64,000 nt of DNA from assembly GCA_000002435.2 (NCBI GenBank), contig CM018793.1; one strand, given 5' to 3'. The stretch comes from Giardia intestinalis (lineage: Eukaryota). The notes beneath the pieces are model-generated. The model had not been told where the DNA came from, did not search any database, and saw only the letters and a list, made by a program, of their open reading frames with translations. Of this stretch, positions 16,146-26,600 are shown in pieces; the first letter of the stretch is position 1; every line of letters starts with the position of its first letter. The translations under genes were made by a program, and so were the position numbers.

Positions 16146-19100
16146 TCAAGGTAGGAACTTTGGGAGTGATGTGGTGCTAATGGCTGTCAATGCAGATCCT
16201 AGATGCATTCGAAGAGGAGCAGATTCCGACGAGTACTGCTCCCGGTAGGGTATACCTGCGTGGGGGGCGGGCTGCTTCACTGTTGTGATAATGTATTCAA
16301 GGAGATCTGCAAAATCAAAGTCCTTGAACCGAATGTAGTATTCGATAACATCAAATCCTCCAGCGTCCTTACAAAGTCCTTCTACCTGGGCTAGTAGCGC
16401 AGATGCTTCTCGTTGACGATATTCAGCCGCATAGTGGATTGCACACTTCCCCCTATTATCGCAAATGCCTGCTTCTAGGGGGGACAACAGCCGAATAATG
16501 CTTAGATGGCCGAACCGAGCGGCAGCCATGAGCGCTGTTCTGCCATTTCTATCTTGGAGTCTTGCCTCTGTGTTCATCAACATCTTTACCAAGGCAAGGT
16601 TGTTATTTGCAACAGAGAACATGAGTGCGCTGGCTCCGTTGAATTCAAAGCCTGAGAACCAGACCGTTGCGCTGCAGCGCGCCCCAGCTTCCTTTTGCAT
16701 AAGCATAAGGGCTCCTTCAACGTTTTCTCTGTCGCATGCAAACATCAGCGCAGTCATTTTAAGGACATCTGTACTTCCTGCCTGTGAGAAGAACTTCCTC
16801 ATACGTGGAATGTCATAAGTGGATGCAGCACTCATCAGCGTCGTGACCTCTTTTTCTTTATCGGCGTAAAATTCAGGGGCTGTGCATGGCATCTGCTCTG
16901 GAAGGGAGTCCTTAAGAGTTTCTAAGTACTGCACAACATCCCAATGCTCGTTCTGCAAGGCACGCAGGTATGCCGAGTCATTTGCCTTTGTCACGACACC
17001 AGCTTCGTGGACACACGCTTTGCAGAGCTCCAGGTTCCCTGCGGCGGCGGCAAAGATAAACCTTGTATAACCGTCTGCAGTTGTCTCTATTTTTGAAGAT
17101 GCTGAATGCGTTCTATTGAGGATAGCCTCGTGGTCGAAGAGTACTTCCCTGATGATGTCTGTTGCGTTATCTTTCTTGATAGCGTCACTCTCTTGGGAAA
17201 ATATGGTTGCTGCAAGCTGCTTAGAGCCAAGAAGCATACAAACCTTGGTGAAGTAGAGAGCTCCTTTGCCAGGGTAAAAAGGAACAAGCGCTGTGATGAT
17301 CTCAGACGCCTTTGTTAGACAGGCCTGGACCACAATGGTGTCCCAGTACTTCTCTATTATCGGACGACTGTGCCTAGCAATATACGATATTGTGTCCCCA
17401 GAGACATAATTCTGAATAGCCATTGACAACGCATTAACCTTGGAAGGATCCTTGTTAATTATTAGGAGATTAGATTGGTAGGGCACAAGAGCCTTAATTA
17501 TGCTATCATTCCTTAGCAGGGTTGCAGCCATTATCTCTGTTGTGCAGTACGAGTTCGTACAGTATGATATCTCCGTTGGAGTAGACTTCTCATCCAGTGG
17601 TAGCTTTCGTACCAGCCGTTTTACCAAGTGAAAATTGTCTGTTATAATCGCATACCGAAGTGAAGCCTGCCTCACCTTGTCGCTGTCAGAATAAAGAAGC
17701 TCCAGCTGGTCAACCACTTTGGCCAGCGGTACAACTCTGTACATCTCTCTGATGGAGCTGACATGTCTCAGCATGCTGATTGCGTTGTGAAGCTCTTGGC
17801 TATACCTATCTGTATGAGGTTCACGCGAGACTTGGGATTGAGTTCGCTGCATACCAAAGTTGTATTCCGTGTCCACCATGCTGAGATCACCCACCCCAAT
17901 CATAGACTCCATCTGAATCGAAAGCGACGGGGTCTCGTTGGCTGTTCCGTTCGAACCGGTCACCGAGGTATTTGGATTTTCTTGTTGCTCCTGGTCTACC
18001 AAAATATGTCTGGGCAGGGATGGATGCACAGGGTTGCTATTCTTAGTAAAGTTAGCAATGCTCACAGTAGCCCTTGGGCCATCTTTTGAGGTCACCAACT
18101 CAGGAAACGATTCGTCGTTGGGGATGGTAAAGGATGGACATGTCATGGACAGAAAACTATGTTCTACCTTGTCGCTCTTCTCGTAGTCTTCTTCTCTACC
18201 TTTATGGATAGGCCTGGTATCGCAAGAGTTTTTCTTCGACTCAGTAGCTTCGCTGGGCTGGCACTTGTGCTTGGTGCGTGCATAATTGCTTACCTGACTT
18301 AGGCTGATACTAGACAAGAAGTCACTAGTATTGATGGACAACATGCTGCCCATGTCTGTGTTGCTGCGCTGATGTCGTTTGTTGAATACGGTACTCAGCA
18401 CACGGTTCATTTGGACCGGAGTCATGAGGCTTGGGGGTAGACCCATTGGCGTGTGTGCCGTGCTCTGTAGCTCCGTGAGAGTCGTCATGATGGTGTGCAC
18501 TTTCTCCAGCAACCGCCTCATGATGTCATCTCTCATGAAAGCACTGGAGTCCTCCTCTGTGTCATCGTGAAGAAGAGAGTCCAAAGAAATAGACTCTCGT
18601 AGAAGCATGCTCATGATGTCTATCTTTATACAACCACGGGTATCCTCCATGTGCGGTAAAGAAGACACATAGTAGATGTTGTTCATGGAGAGATGAGTAC
18701 AGACTACCTCGGCAATCTGGAGACTTATGGAAAGAAGGTAGGTACAGAAAAGCAGGAGCTGCCCAAATATGGCCCAAAGCTCCTCTTCGTAAAGATAAAG
18801 ATTATTCTGCGCAGCTACGAACACATGTTCGCTAAGATATATGCCTTTGTAGTTCGGAACTATAAATATAATTTCCCGCTTCTTCAAGGAAAGCTTATAG
18901 CGCAAAATGGTCATCAATGTGAAGTGATCCAGCTTTGAAAGGTACTGGGCACATTTTAAAAGGAGATCTTCCTCGTACTTGGAACTGGCGTTATAAATGA
19001 AGACGTGCTGAAGCAGATTGAAGGAGTTGGACGGGGTACACTTAAATGAATACACGTCCTTCGGCCTTCTGACTTGCTTAAGAAAGGGCCTGAGGCCTGT

Positions 19101-19172
19101 TCTCAGCCCAGGCTTCGCCGTGCTAGGGTGAAGCACAACATGCTTAAGCTCAGTCGGCACACACGTGGCCAT
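16146..19172 (-). CDS. Ankyrin-repeat protein with a degenerate N-terminal kinase-like domain (Giardia NEK/21.1-type), ~1008 aa
   Basis: Track start is TTG; the first ATG is at 19172 (MATCVPTELKHVV...), with tttattttagaaagaaagtttgttg upstream. The C-terminal third is clear ankyrin repeats (GYTRFIFAAAAGNLELCKACV, MTALMFACDRENVEGALMLM, SALMFSVANNNLALVKMLM, GRTALMAAARFGHLSIIRLL, GKCAIHYAAEYRQREASALL). The N-terminal ~200 aa loosely resemble a protein-kinase fold (HLSMNNIYYVS ... CIKIDIMSM) but lack the catalytic motifs. Confidence 0.55.
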   Translation of the reverse strand: MATCVPTELKHVVLHPSTAKPGLRTGLRPFLKQVRRPKDVYSFKCTPSNSFNLLQHVFIYNASSKYEEDLLLKCAQYLSKLDHFTLMTILRYKLSLKKREIIFIVPNYKGIYLSEHVFVAAQNNLYLYEEELWAIFGQLLLFCTYLLSISLQIAEVVCTHLSMNNIYYVSSLPHMEDTRGCIKIDIMSMLLRESISLDSLLHDDTEEDSSAFMRDDIMRRLLEKVHTIMTTLTELQSTAHTPMGLPPSLMTPVQMNRVLSTVFNKRHQRSNTDMGSMLSINTSDFLSSISLSQVSNYARTKHKCQPSEATESKKNSCDTRPIHKGREEDYEKSDKVEHSFLSMTCPSFTIPNDESFPELVTSKDGPRATVSIANFTKNSNPVHPSLPRHILVDQEQQENPNTSVTGSNGTANETPSLSIQMESMIGVGDLSMVDTEYNFGMQRTQSQVSREPHTDRYSQELHNAISMLRHVSSIREMYRVVPLAKVVDQLELLYSDSDKVRQASLRYAIITDNFHLVKRLVRKLPLDEKSTPTEISYCTNSYCTTEIMAATLLRNDSIIKALVPYQSNLLIINKDPSKVNALSMAIQNYVSGDTISYIARHSRPIIEKYWDTIVVQACLTKASEIITALVPFYPGKGALYFTKVCMLLGSKQLAATIFSQESDAIKKDNATDIIREVLFDHEAILNRTHSASSKIETTADGYTRFIFAAAAGNLELCKACVHEAGVVTKANDSAYLRALQNEHWDVVQYLETLKDSLPEQMPCTAPEFYADKEKEVTTLMSAASTYDIPRMRKFFSQAGSTDVLKMTALMFACDRENVEGALMLMQKEAGARCSATVWFSGFEFNGASALMFSVANNNLALVKMLMNTEARLQDRNGRTALMAAARFGHLSIIRLLSPLEAGICDNRGKCAIHYAAEYRQREASALLAQVEGLCKDAGGFDVIEYYIRFKDFDFADLLEYIITTVKQPAPHAGIPYREQYSSESAPLRMHLGSALTAISTTSLPKFLP

Positions 19173-19207
19173 CAACAAACTTTCTTTCTAAAATAAAGGT
19201 GTACGCC
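19173..19207. promoter_or_regulatory. 35-bp divergent spacer shared by the ankyrin/kinase-like gene (-) and the copine-like gene (+)
   Basis: caacaaactttctttctaaaataaaggtgtacgcc is the entire intergenic sequence, and its AT-rich core (ttctttctaaaataaagg) is centred between the two ATGs. Confidence 0.45.
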
Positions 19208-19993
19208 ATGGCATTCAAGTCATGTGTCAATAGAGGAGGGTTCAAGCAGATTAAAGAAGTATACAGGAGCTTTCCAGAGTTGACTCTCGCTCTCCGTGAA
19301 GCCAGCATGGAAAGCTCGCAGATCATCTTGGCATTCGACTTTTCAAAATCCAATGAATGGTCTGGGGAAAAGACGTATCGGCGTAGTTTGCACGACATTA
19401 CTCAAGAAACCCCTTATGAGAAGGTGTGCAGGCTTCTTATCCCGGTAATAACGTCATTCGACTCGGACAGCATCATCCCTGCTATCCGGTTTGGCTGTAG
19501 CGTATCAAAAGATCAGATAGTTTGCCCTCTGAACCCTTACTCCAAGTCCCCGGAGTGCCAGGGCTTTGCGGAGGTTCTGCACAACTATCGCGAGGCTGTC
19601 AGGATGGTGAAGCTTTCGGGCCCGACGTCTCTCAGCCCCGTGGTTCGGTACGCGATTAACATCGTGAAGAAAACCCGGGAATATCACATTCTGATCATCC
19701 TTACTGACGGCGACCCCGTGTCCAGCGTGGCAGATGCAGATGCAATCGCTGAGGCATCCAACTACCCCCTCTCCATAGTTGCTGTTGGGCTAGGTGACGG
19801 CCCATTCAAGATTCTCCAGTCCTTCGACACACAGTATTACAACAGACGCTTCGATAACTTCCACTTTGTCAATTTCACCGAGTTGGAGACTAAGTTTATA
19901 AACAGCAACAGACCCGACCTGCTTTTGGCAACAGAGCTCTTTGTAGAGATTCCAAAGCAGTACAGAATAATAAGAAAACTTGGCTTGCTCTGA
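19208..19993 (+). CDS. Copine-type vWA (copine A-domain) protein without C2 domains, 261 aa
   Basis: Track start 19199 is GTG; the ATG is at 19208 (MAFKSCVN...). Matches the copine A-domain: ILAFDFSKSNE (AIDFTASNG), RRSLHDI, NPYEKV, GPTSLSPVVRYAINIV (GPTNFAPVI), YHILIILTDGDPVSS...AIAEASNYPLSIVAVGLGDGPFKILQSFD (QYFVLLIITDG...AIV.AS.LPMSIIIVGVG.A.F..M..LD). Confidence 0.65.
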   Translation: MAFKSCVNRGGFKQIKEVYRSFPELTLALREASMESSQIILAFDFSKSNEWSGEKTYRRSLHDITQETPYEKVCRLLIPVITSFDSDSIIPAIRFGCSVSKDQIVCPLNPYSKSPECQGFAEVLHNYREAVRMVKLSGPTSLSPVVRYAINIVKKTREYHILIILTDGDPVSSVADADAIAEASNYPLSIVAVGLGDGPFKILQSFDTQYYNRRFDNFHFVNFTELETKFINSNRPDLLLATELFVEIPKQYRIIRKLGLL

Positions 19994-20091
19994 GTACGAA
20001 CACAGCGCTAGTTACATAACAATAAGGATAACAATAAGGCAAGGACGTTTATTCTACCTAAGATGCACTGCCAGCTTCCCACCAAGCAGTC

Positions 20092-20604
20092 TTACCAGTT
20101 TCCCTTGGCCTCTTCCTCTGCAATAGCGTCCCTCCAGGCATCCACTGCCCGTTTAAGATCGAAGGCTATGTTGTACAACGTGTTGTCTGTATATTGCTTA
20201 AACGATGGTAGCTTGTATATGTAGTTCTCATCGTTGATATAGTAATACATTTCACATGGATAGCTCAGCAGCCCCCCTTCGGGCTCCACGCAATACCCAG
20301 CTATCAAGGCCCGAGATGGGGTATAATCCTGGATCTTGTACAAAATCACCTTCCCACTGTCCAACTGCTCTCTCGTGAACTCCTCCGAGAGGTGTGACTT
20401 GTCCCTAATCCAGTCCTCGAGTGTTGTCGGTCTCTGATTTTTGGTCTTTATGTTGACGCAGTACTCGTTTTGCTGGCAGAAGGGAGAGTGACGGAAGTAA
20501 GCTAATAGGCGGTCCTGCTCCGTATAGTTCTCACCTGCAAGCTCGTCGTTGTTATTGTAGAGATCGTTGTCGCACCATGAAAGAACCAGCCTCTTGCGGT
20601 CCAT
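20092..20604 (-). CDS. Hypothetical protein, 170 aa
   Basis: ATG at 20604 preceded by cacccaaaaaag. No recognisable domain (MDRKRLVLSWCDNDLYNNNDELAGENYTEQDRLLAYF...). The coding call rests on ORF length, the typical start context and tight packing with its neighbours. Confidence 0.4.
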   Translation of the reverse strand: MDRKRLVLSWCDNDLYNNNDELAGENYTEQDRLLAYFRHSPFCQQNEYCVNIKTKNQRPTTLEDWIRDKSHLSEEFTREQLDSGKVILYKIQDYTPSRALIAGYCVEPEGGLLSYPCEMYYYINDENYIYKLPSFKQYTDNTLYNIAFDLKRAVDAWRDAIAEEEAKGNW

Positions 20605-20662
20605 CTTTTTTGGGTGCTGTTTTCAGACTGTCTTGCAAACTCTCTCACGGGTCTCACGTGAT

Positions 20663-23600
20663 TCACAGTAGCTTGGCAAAGGATAGCATGTCGCCATATG
20701 CATTGAAGATCCCTGAGCTCAACTCCTTAAAGGAGAGGAGGTCAGCCACAGGGATCGTGTTCAGAATGGTCAAAATGGATGATATCTCCTTTCGTACGAC
20801 AATGATGGTGTATGTGGCGCACACTAAAAAGGCTCCTATCATGACCCCGTAGACAGTGCTGACGGCCAACTTGATATTTCTCATCTTGAACACTGGACTA
20901 ACATATCCCTCCATGATCTTGTTTATGTCACCCAGGGTGAGGTTTGTTATGCCTAGATAGTCGTCCTTATCATACACATCCGATAGTCGGATCCTTTGGT
21001 TGACTTTGTCGGCTGCATCCCAGATTCTCTTCCGCACCTCTTCCGTTGCGACTAGGATGCTCGTGGTATAATTGATGAGGAGCTCCTTTATGTCATACAT
21101 CCCAGTGCTGTTTGTATAGCTAAATCCTGGCAGTAGCATGGTGGCTGCTGACTGGGCCACCTTTGCATATTCATTGAGGTTCTGTATGCGAGTATACAAC
21201 TCGCTGATATGCATTTCTTCATACGACAAGTCTGTGTTCTGCAGAGTTGCCAGTGTTAAGTTTATGAGACGCGAGTTAATGAAGACGTTTCCCAAGGAGT
21301 TGTAGAGCCTGGTCTCCGTCCACCGTTTGGTTTCGTCCGTTGTCACAACCTCAACCCTGAACATGGCCATCAATAGACTGATCAGCAAAACGAATATTAG
21401 TACGATGAAGGCACCGACTGTCAGTCCAAAACTGAGTGCAAGGCTGTGCCTGTGGGTAGTCATTATCTTGAAGACGACAAGGCCAGTCCTTGTAGGCGCA
21501 AACTGCAAGTAGACGTAGAGCAGAACCAACAAGATCACATGTATCACAAGAAACCATGAGATGATACGCTGCATAAGAACCAAGAAGTTATCTATTTGAG
21601 TCTCGACAGCAAGAATCTGTCGCGTCAGAGAGTTAGTTGTCAGCTCGACTTTATGTGAAAACAAGAGTAAGTTCTTGAATAGGATGTTGCTCCCTTTTGA
21701 GATGGATTTTATGTATAGATGGAGCTCCTTGTCAGTTAGACTCTTTAGTCTAGCGTATGAATATATCTCAACGCAGTTTGTCGGACCCGCACATAGAAGG
21801 TAGTCTTCATAGTACGATGAGTACTTCTTGTCTGGTACCGGCTTACTAAAGTTGAAGACTTCGTCTAGATAGACATCGGCTGTGTACTGCTGGATTTTCT
21901 CTGGAAACATTTCCCTCGGTAGTATACACATGCGTGCCAGCGCCACGTTAACCGAAAATACCGCGTGGCGGATATTATAGTAGAGGTCTAACATCTGGTC
22001 TGTGTCGATAAAGGGCTTGATACTCTCGACTGCGTCTACCAGATGGAACTTGGTATTGAGCATTACTGGTCGCTGCAGGGCCACATAGATATCTTCGCAG
22101 GCATACCTGTAGGCTTGATTGGCGTCGTCCCACTCCAAGCTGGCGAGTTGCATGTTATAATCACCAAGAGATTCCAGGAGTTGCAGTCCTAAGCTGTTCA
22201 ACCGAGAGCTAGATACGTATATGCGCGTCATGTGTGAGACTGCCACCTTATTGTTAAAGAACTGCGTGAAGCTGGCCACTATTATTGTGATAATTACAGC
22301 GGCAATAAGTGATGCTAATACAGCAAAGAATCGGGGTAAGCTCCTATAAGAATAAAGGTCAACCCAGACAGGGCTTCTTGGGCGAGTGGTCTTAGGTATT
22401 TTGACTCTGGGTGCTGAGAAGTGGTGTAGCACTAATAAAGTAACAGGAACACAGCTCAGAAGGAGAAGAAGCGAGAACAAGTGCTCAGTCGTTATGTTCT
22501 TCTCATCCAGCTGCTTATTGATCGATGTTGATTCCCGCTGTTTGGCTATGCTGTTCATGAGAAGCATGCTGTGAAACGCTGTGAGCTCCGCACACGGGTC
22601 CTTCCCCCTCAGCTCTGCATAGGATGGTTGGAGGATGGAGAAGCTGTTATTATAAACGCTCCTCTGCATCTCTATGAATGCCTTTATTCCGACTGTTTCC
22701 TTTTGGAGGTTCTGCCGGTTGAGCATCGGCTTGTATACCTCAAATGGCGGCAGAAGGAGGGCAGCCTTGTACTCATTCTCTTTGAAGGTGGGTGGCGGAG
22801 ATGATGAGGCCCCGTAGTCTAGTACAAACATTACATACTTACTGGCAAGGTTGCTGTACTGATTGATGATCATAGAATAGTAATCGTAAGATGGGCTGCG
22901 GACAGACATTGTATAGAGATAGATGAGCTTTTTTGTGACGTCAGCAAATCGAATGTCCCTGTCAAGGACAAATGGAGCCAAATGCGGATTCTTGATGGCA
23001 CGGGAGCATGTATAGTATAGTCTATACGGCTCTGTCTCTGGCTCTGTAGGGGTTATGCTTGTGTGCTGGGAAATAGACAGGTCTACCAGCAGTGTATCGA
23101 GAATGAGGTCCTGAAGGAGAGCGTAGTTTTGTCGAAGCCATGTGAGCCTCCACTGTGGACTGGCATATATAATATGTTCTGAATTATCAATGTAGTCATG
23201 AGTGGATCGACATTCCTGGCTTTCTGCAGGGCTTGTGGCCTTCTGCAAACAGCTTTCAAATCTAACCACGTCTCCTATTGTTTGGTACGCTGGAGTAACG
23301 TGTATTGGCTCGATATCGTTGCTCCAAGGTTTATTGTAAAACGTGGGATCCAAGTCCTCATCGGGATATCGCATGGACTCAATAACGGATGCATAATATG
23401 GGCCAATTCCTGTCTCCGTGTAGGAAATAATTGGAATGGAGTGGAATATGTACAGTAGTACCATGCTTAACCCTATACATAGTAGAACAAATACCTTGGA
23501 AATGGCCCAGACGACAGATGGCCTGTCATATTGCGCAGAAAACGTCTTGTATAGTTCTACTAGTCTGCTATAGTCGTATCGGTAAGTGAGCTTGCCCTGC

Positions 23601-26600
23601 ATATCACCAAGAGAAGAGCTGGTGTAACACGCACTGCTAGATCCTGATAGCAGGTTGGAGCTGCCGTCACTGGAGGAGCTGCTAGCTTCTGTCTTGGGTT
23701 GCTGCTCAACACACAACTGTGGGGGACACCTTCTCAGCAGCATATCTTTCTCTGCAGTTACCTCAGAGTGCATGGACACAAGATGCTCAAATGTCGGAGT
23801 GTACTTCACGTTCTGGTACGCAAAGTTGATCCGTTCTTTAGAATAGAACTGTGCAAATAATAGCCTATAATCAAATCGTGCTCCTGTTCGTGACAGAAGA
23901 TTGAGCAGAAGGTCAGAAAGGTTTTGAAGACGAACCAGAAAGATATTATAGCTTGAGAAGGTGAAAATAAGACAAAAACCTACTGTTCCCGTTAGCGCCA
24001 TCAAGAGTACCTTGAGGTGCGTAGAGAAGTTCTGTATCAGCAGAGAAGATGTTGCCACGGTGAACATGCTGTTCCAAACGAACGGCACGATATTGATGTA
24101 GATATTGGATCGCACACCTTCTATCTTACTTTGGATGCACTCGGTAATCAGTTGATGGTTGTTTATATTCCAGAGGCTCAGCTTGTCTAGTGCCTGCGGA
24201 GGTGGAAAGCAAACGAGCATATCCTTATACGGGTTCTGAAATACAATTGTGCCGTAGATACGTGTGGGAATCGGGGTTGGTATGAATGAAACCATCTTAT
24301 TAGAGACCTTTAGAATGTGGAAAAAGGGATGAATTGAAGAAAAAGCATACTGCTCTAGATCCAGGCCTAGGTTATAGATTTTTTGAGACATATCTTCATA
24401 TATGTCGGATATGCTTAGGTAGTACAGCTCCTCTAAGTCCTTTGGGGTGAAAAATGTGTCTATCGGCTCCTTATTGACCACTCTCTGGGAATAGCTATCG
24501 TATATTTTCATAAAGGCGATCTCGTCCGCTTGAACAACAGCGGCAAAAATACTGGCGGCCTCTATGACGGAGTCGTTATACATAAAGACTCTGCTTGCCT
24601 TGTTGATAATGAAGAGAGAGACCACAAAGGCAAGTAACGAAGCAACAGTGTATGCGAGGTTTTCAGGGTTGAACACCGTTATTGATCTAATTATGTCTTG
24701 ATGTTTGTTTAATAAAGTTTTAACAAACCTCTTTGCAGAACTCTTTGTGGACCCCAATGAGTCATGGAATCCAGTGGTGAAGAACCGGCGCCAGAGGCGA
24801 CGGCTTTTCTTAGATCTGCTTCTGGTTTTGCCATCTTTTTCCATGGAGGTATCGAGTGCTGTGGACAAAATGGCCATGTGGTTAACTATATTTATGGAAA
24901 CCGGCGATACCATTAGTGATGCCTCTGCACCCTTTATATCGGCATATGTTCTGTACTCACAACGCTGAAGAGACAGGGGGTTGTCAACGACTGCATAGTG
25001 GCAGTAACTCAGGCATGGGGGCAAAATCACTATGGACCCCTCGGGAGTATACGATATGTAGAAGGATTGTATGGACCGGTCCTGTGTGAGGATAAAATTC
25101 TGGATGTAGTTTCGGACGGTTCTGACCGATTCACAACAACTATCCTGTTGTATCAGGGGCGCTCCTGGAGATATGTGATCTACTAGCACTGACTTTGTAC
25201 GCGTTTGACCGAAACTAGAAAGAGAAAGGGTGGAGAACGTGCCAGTGGCAGGGTCATCCGAGTGCGCAGTGGACTCTTGCTGGCTAGACACGGGCGAGTC
25301 CGGTAATTGCTTGATATCAGATCCATCAGTGACATCAGAATCGTCGCTATCCTGTTCTTCTAGTGCATCCTCGGGTGAAATAGCAGAATCGTGACTGCTG
25401 GTGGAGGAGTCAACGTCAGAGCTATCGGATATCATTGACGATGTACGCCTCCTCATATAATCAGAGTGGAAAAGGGAATTGTTTAGGTTGCTGAGCTCCT
25501 TGTTATTTAAGGATGGCTGAATATGGCTAATGAGGGGGAAGATGCTGAGCTGGTTAAGCGGCCAGATGGTGTTATAGAGCTCGTGATAAACCCATGCAAG
25601 TGTGTGCGTGGCAGTGACACAGTAAGGGTACGCTATGTACAATCGTTTCGCCTGCTCAACGATGTCCTGATACATCACATTCTGTTTGTTGCATAGCACC
25701 ATAAGCTCTTCAAGTCTGACGGTGGAGAAGTGGCAGTCCTGCTTTAGGTTATTGCTGAGCTTCGTGATACGATCAATATTTGTCAGACACGTATCCGCAT
25801 TCTCAAGGATCCTGCCCAAGATAGAGTTTATGATCATACAGGAGCAGATGTTCATGGGCCTCGTATTCGCTAATTTCGGGTTCGCAAAGTATTTGTACTT
25901 GGTAGGTGGAGCAAAATCCAAGGCATTCGCGTAGTCGCGTTCGACCTCGACAAGATCCTCCTTATTACTAATACACTGAGAGATAGAGTCGTATATATTG
26001 TCTAGGCCCAAGTACTTGATAATCTTGAATCTACTCAGCTTTCTAAGAGTGCCATGGAACTGTTTCATGGTTGACATTGGGGTAACATCGGGATTGATCT
26101 GCTCATTAAATATTGCACTGACATCTTTCGGTGTAGAGAGGTAAGGGGAGGCGATGGAAAGGGGCGTTGCTATGCTCGTTATTTTCTTGGTACCTTCACA
26201 GATTGGTGACTGATTATCAGATATACCTTGTTGCTTGTACATTTCTTGAGGAGGAGTATCATCCAGATAGAAGAGCCTGCTGGGATCGAATAGTCGTCTG
26301 AACTGGGGGTGTAGATCCTTGGTGCTCATCTTAACAAGAACAAACCCGCAGCACGAATAGAGAAGTGTTTCAAGCAAAGCGTTTAGGGACCAAGCGGATC
26401 TGGTGCTAAGGTCTAGCTCCGGAGAATCAAACACTAGGTCTCGGAGGAATTGTGGGGAGAGCTGCTGGATAATCCACTGAAGCTTTGACCGACAATCCTT
26501 GAGATTTGCAGCAGAACTGGCAAGAGTATCCTTAGAGCCTCGTGAGAGGTGATGAATAGAGAACGTCGGCCTGTGAAACAGCCACCTCTTCCTGTTGTTA

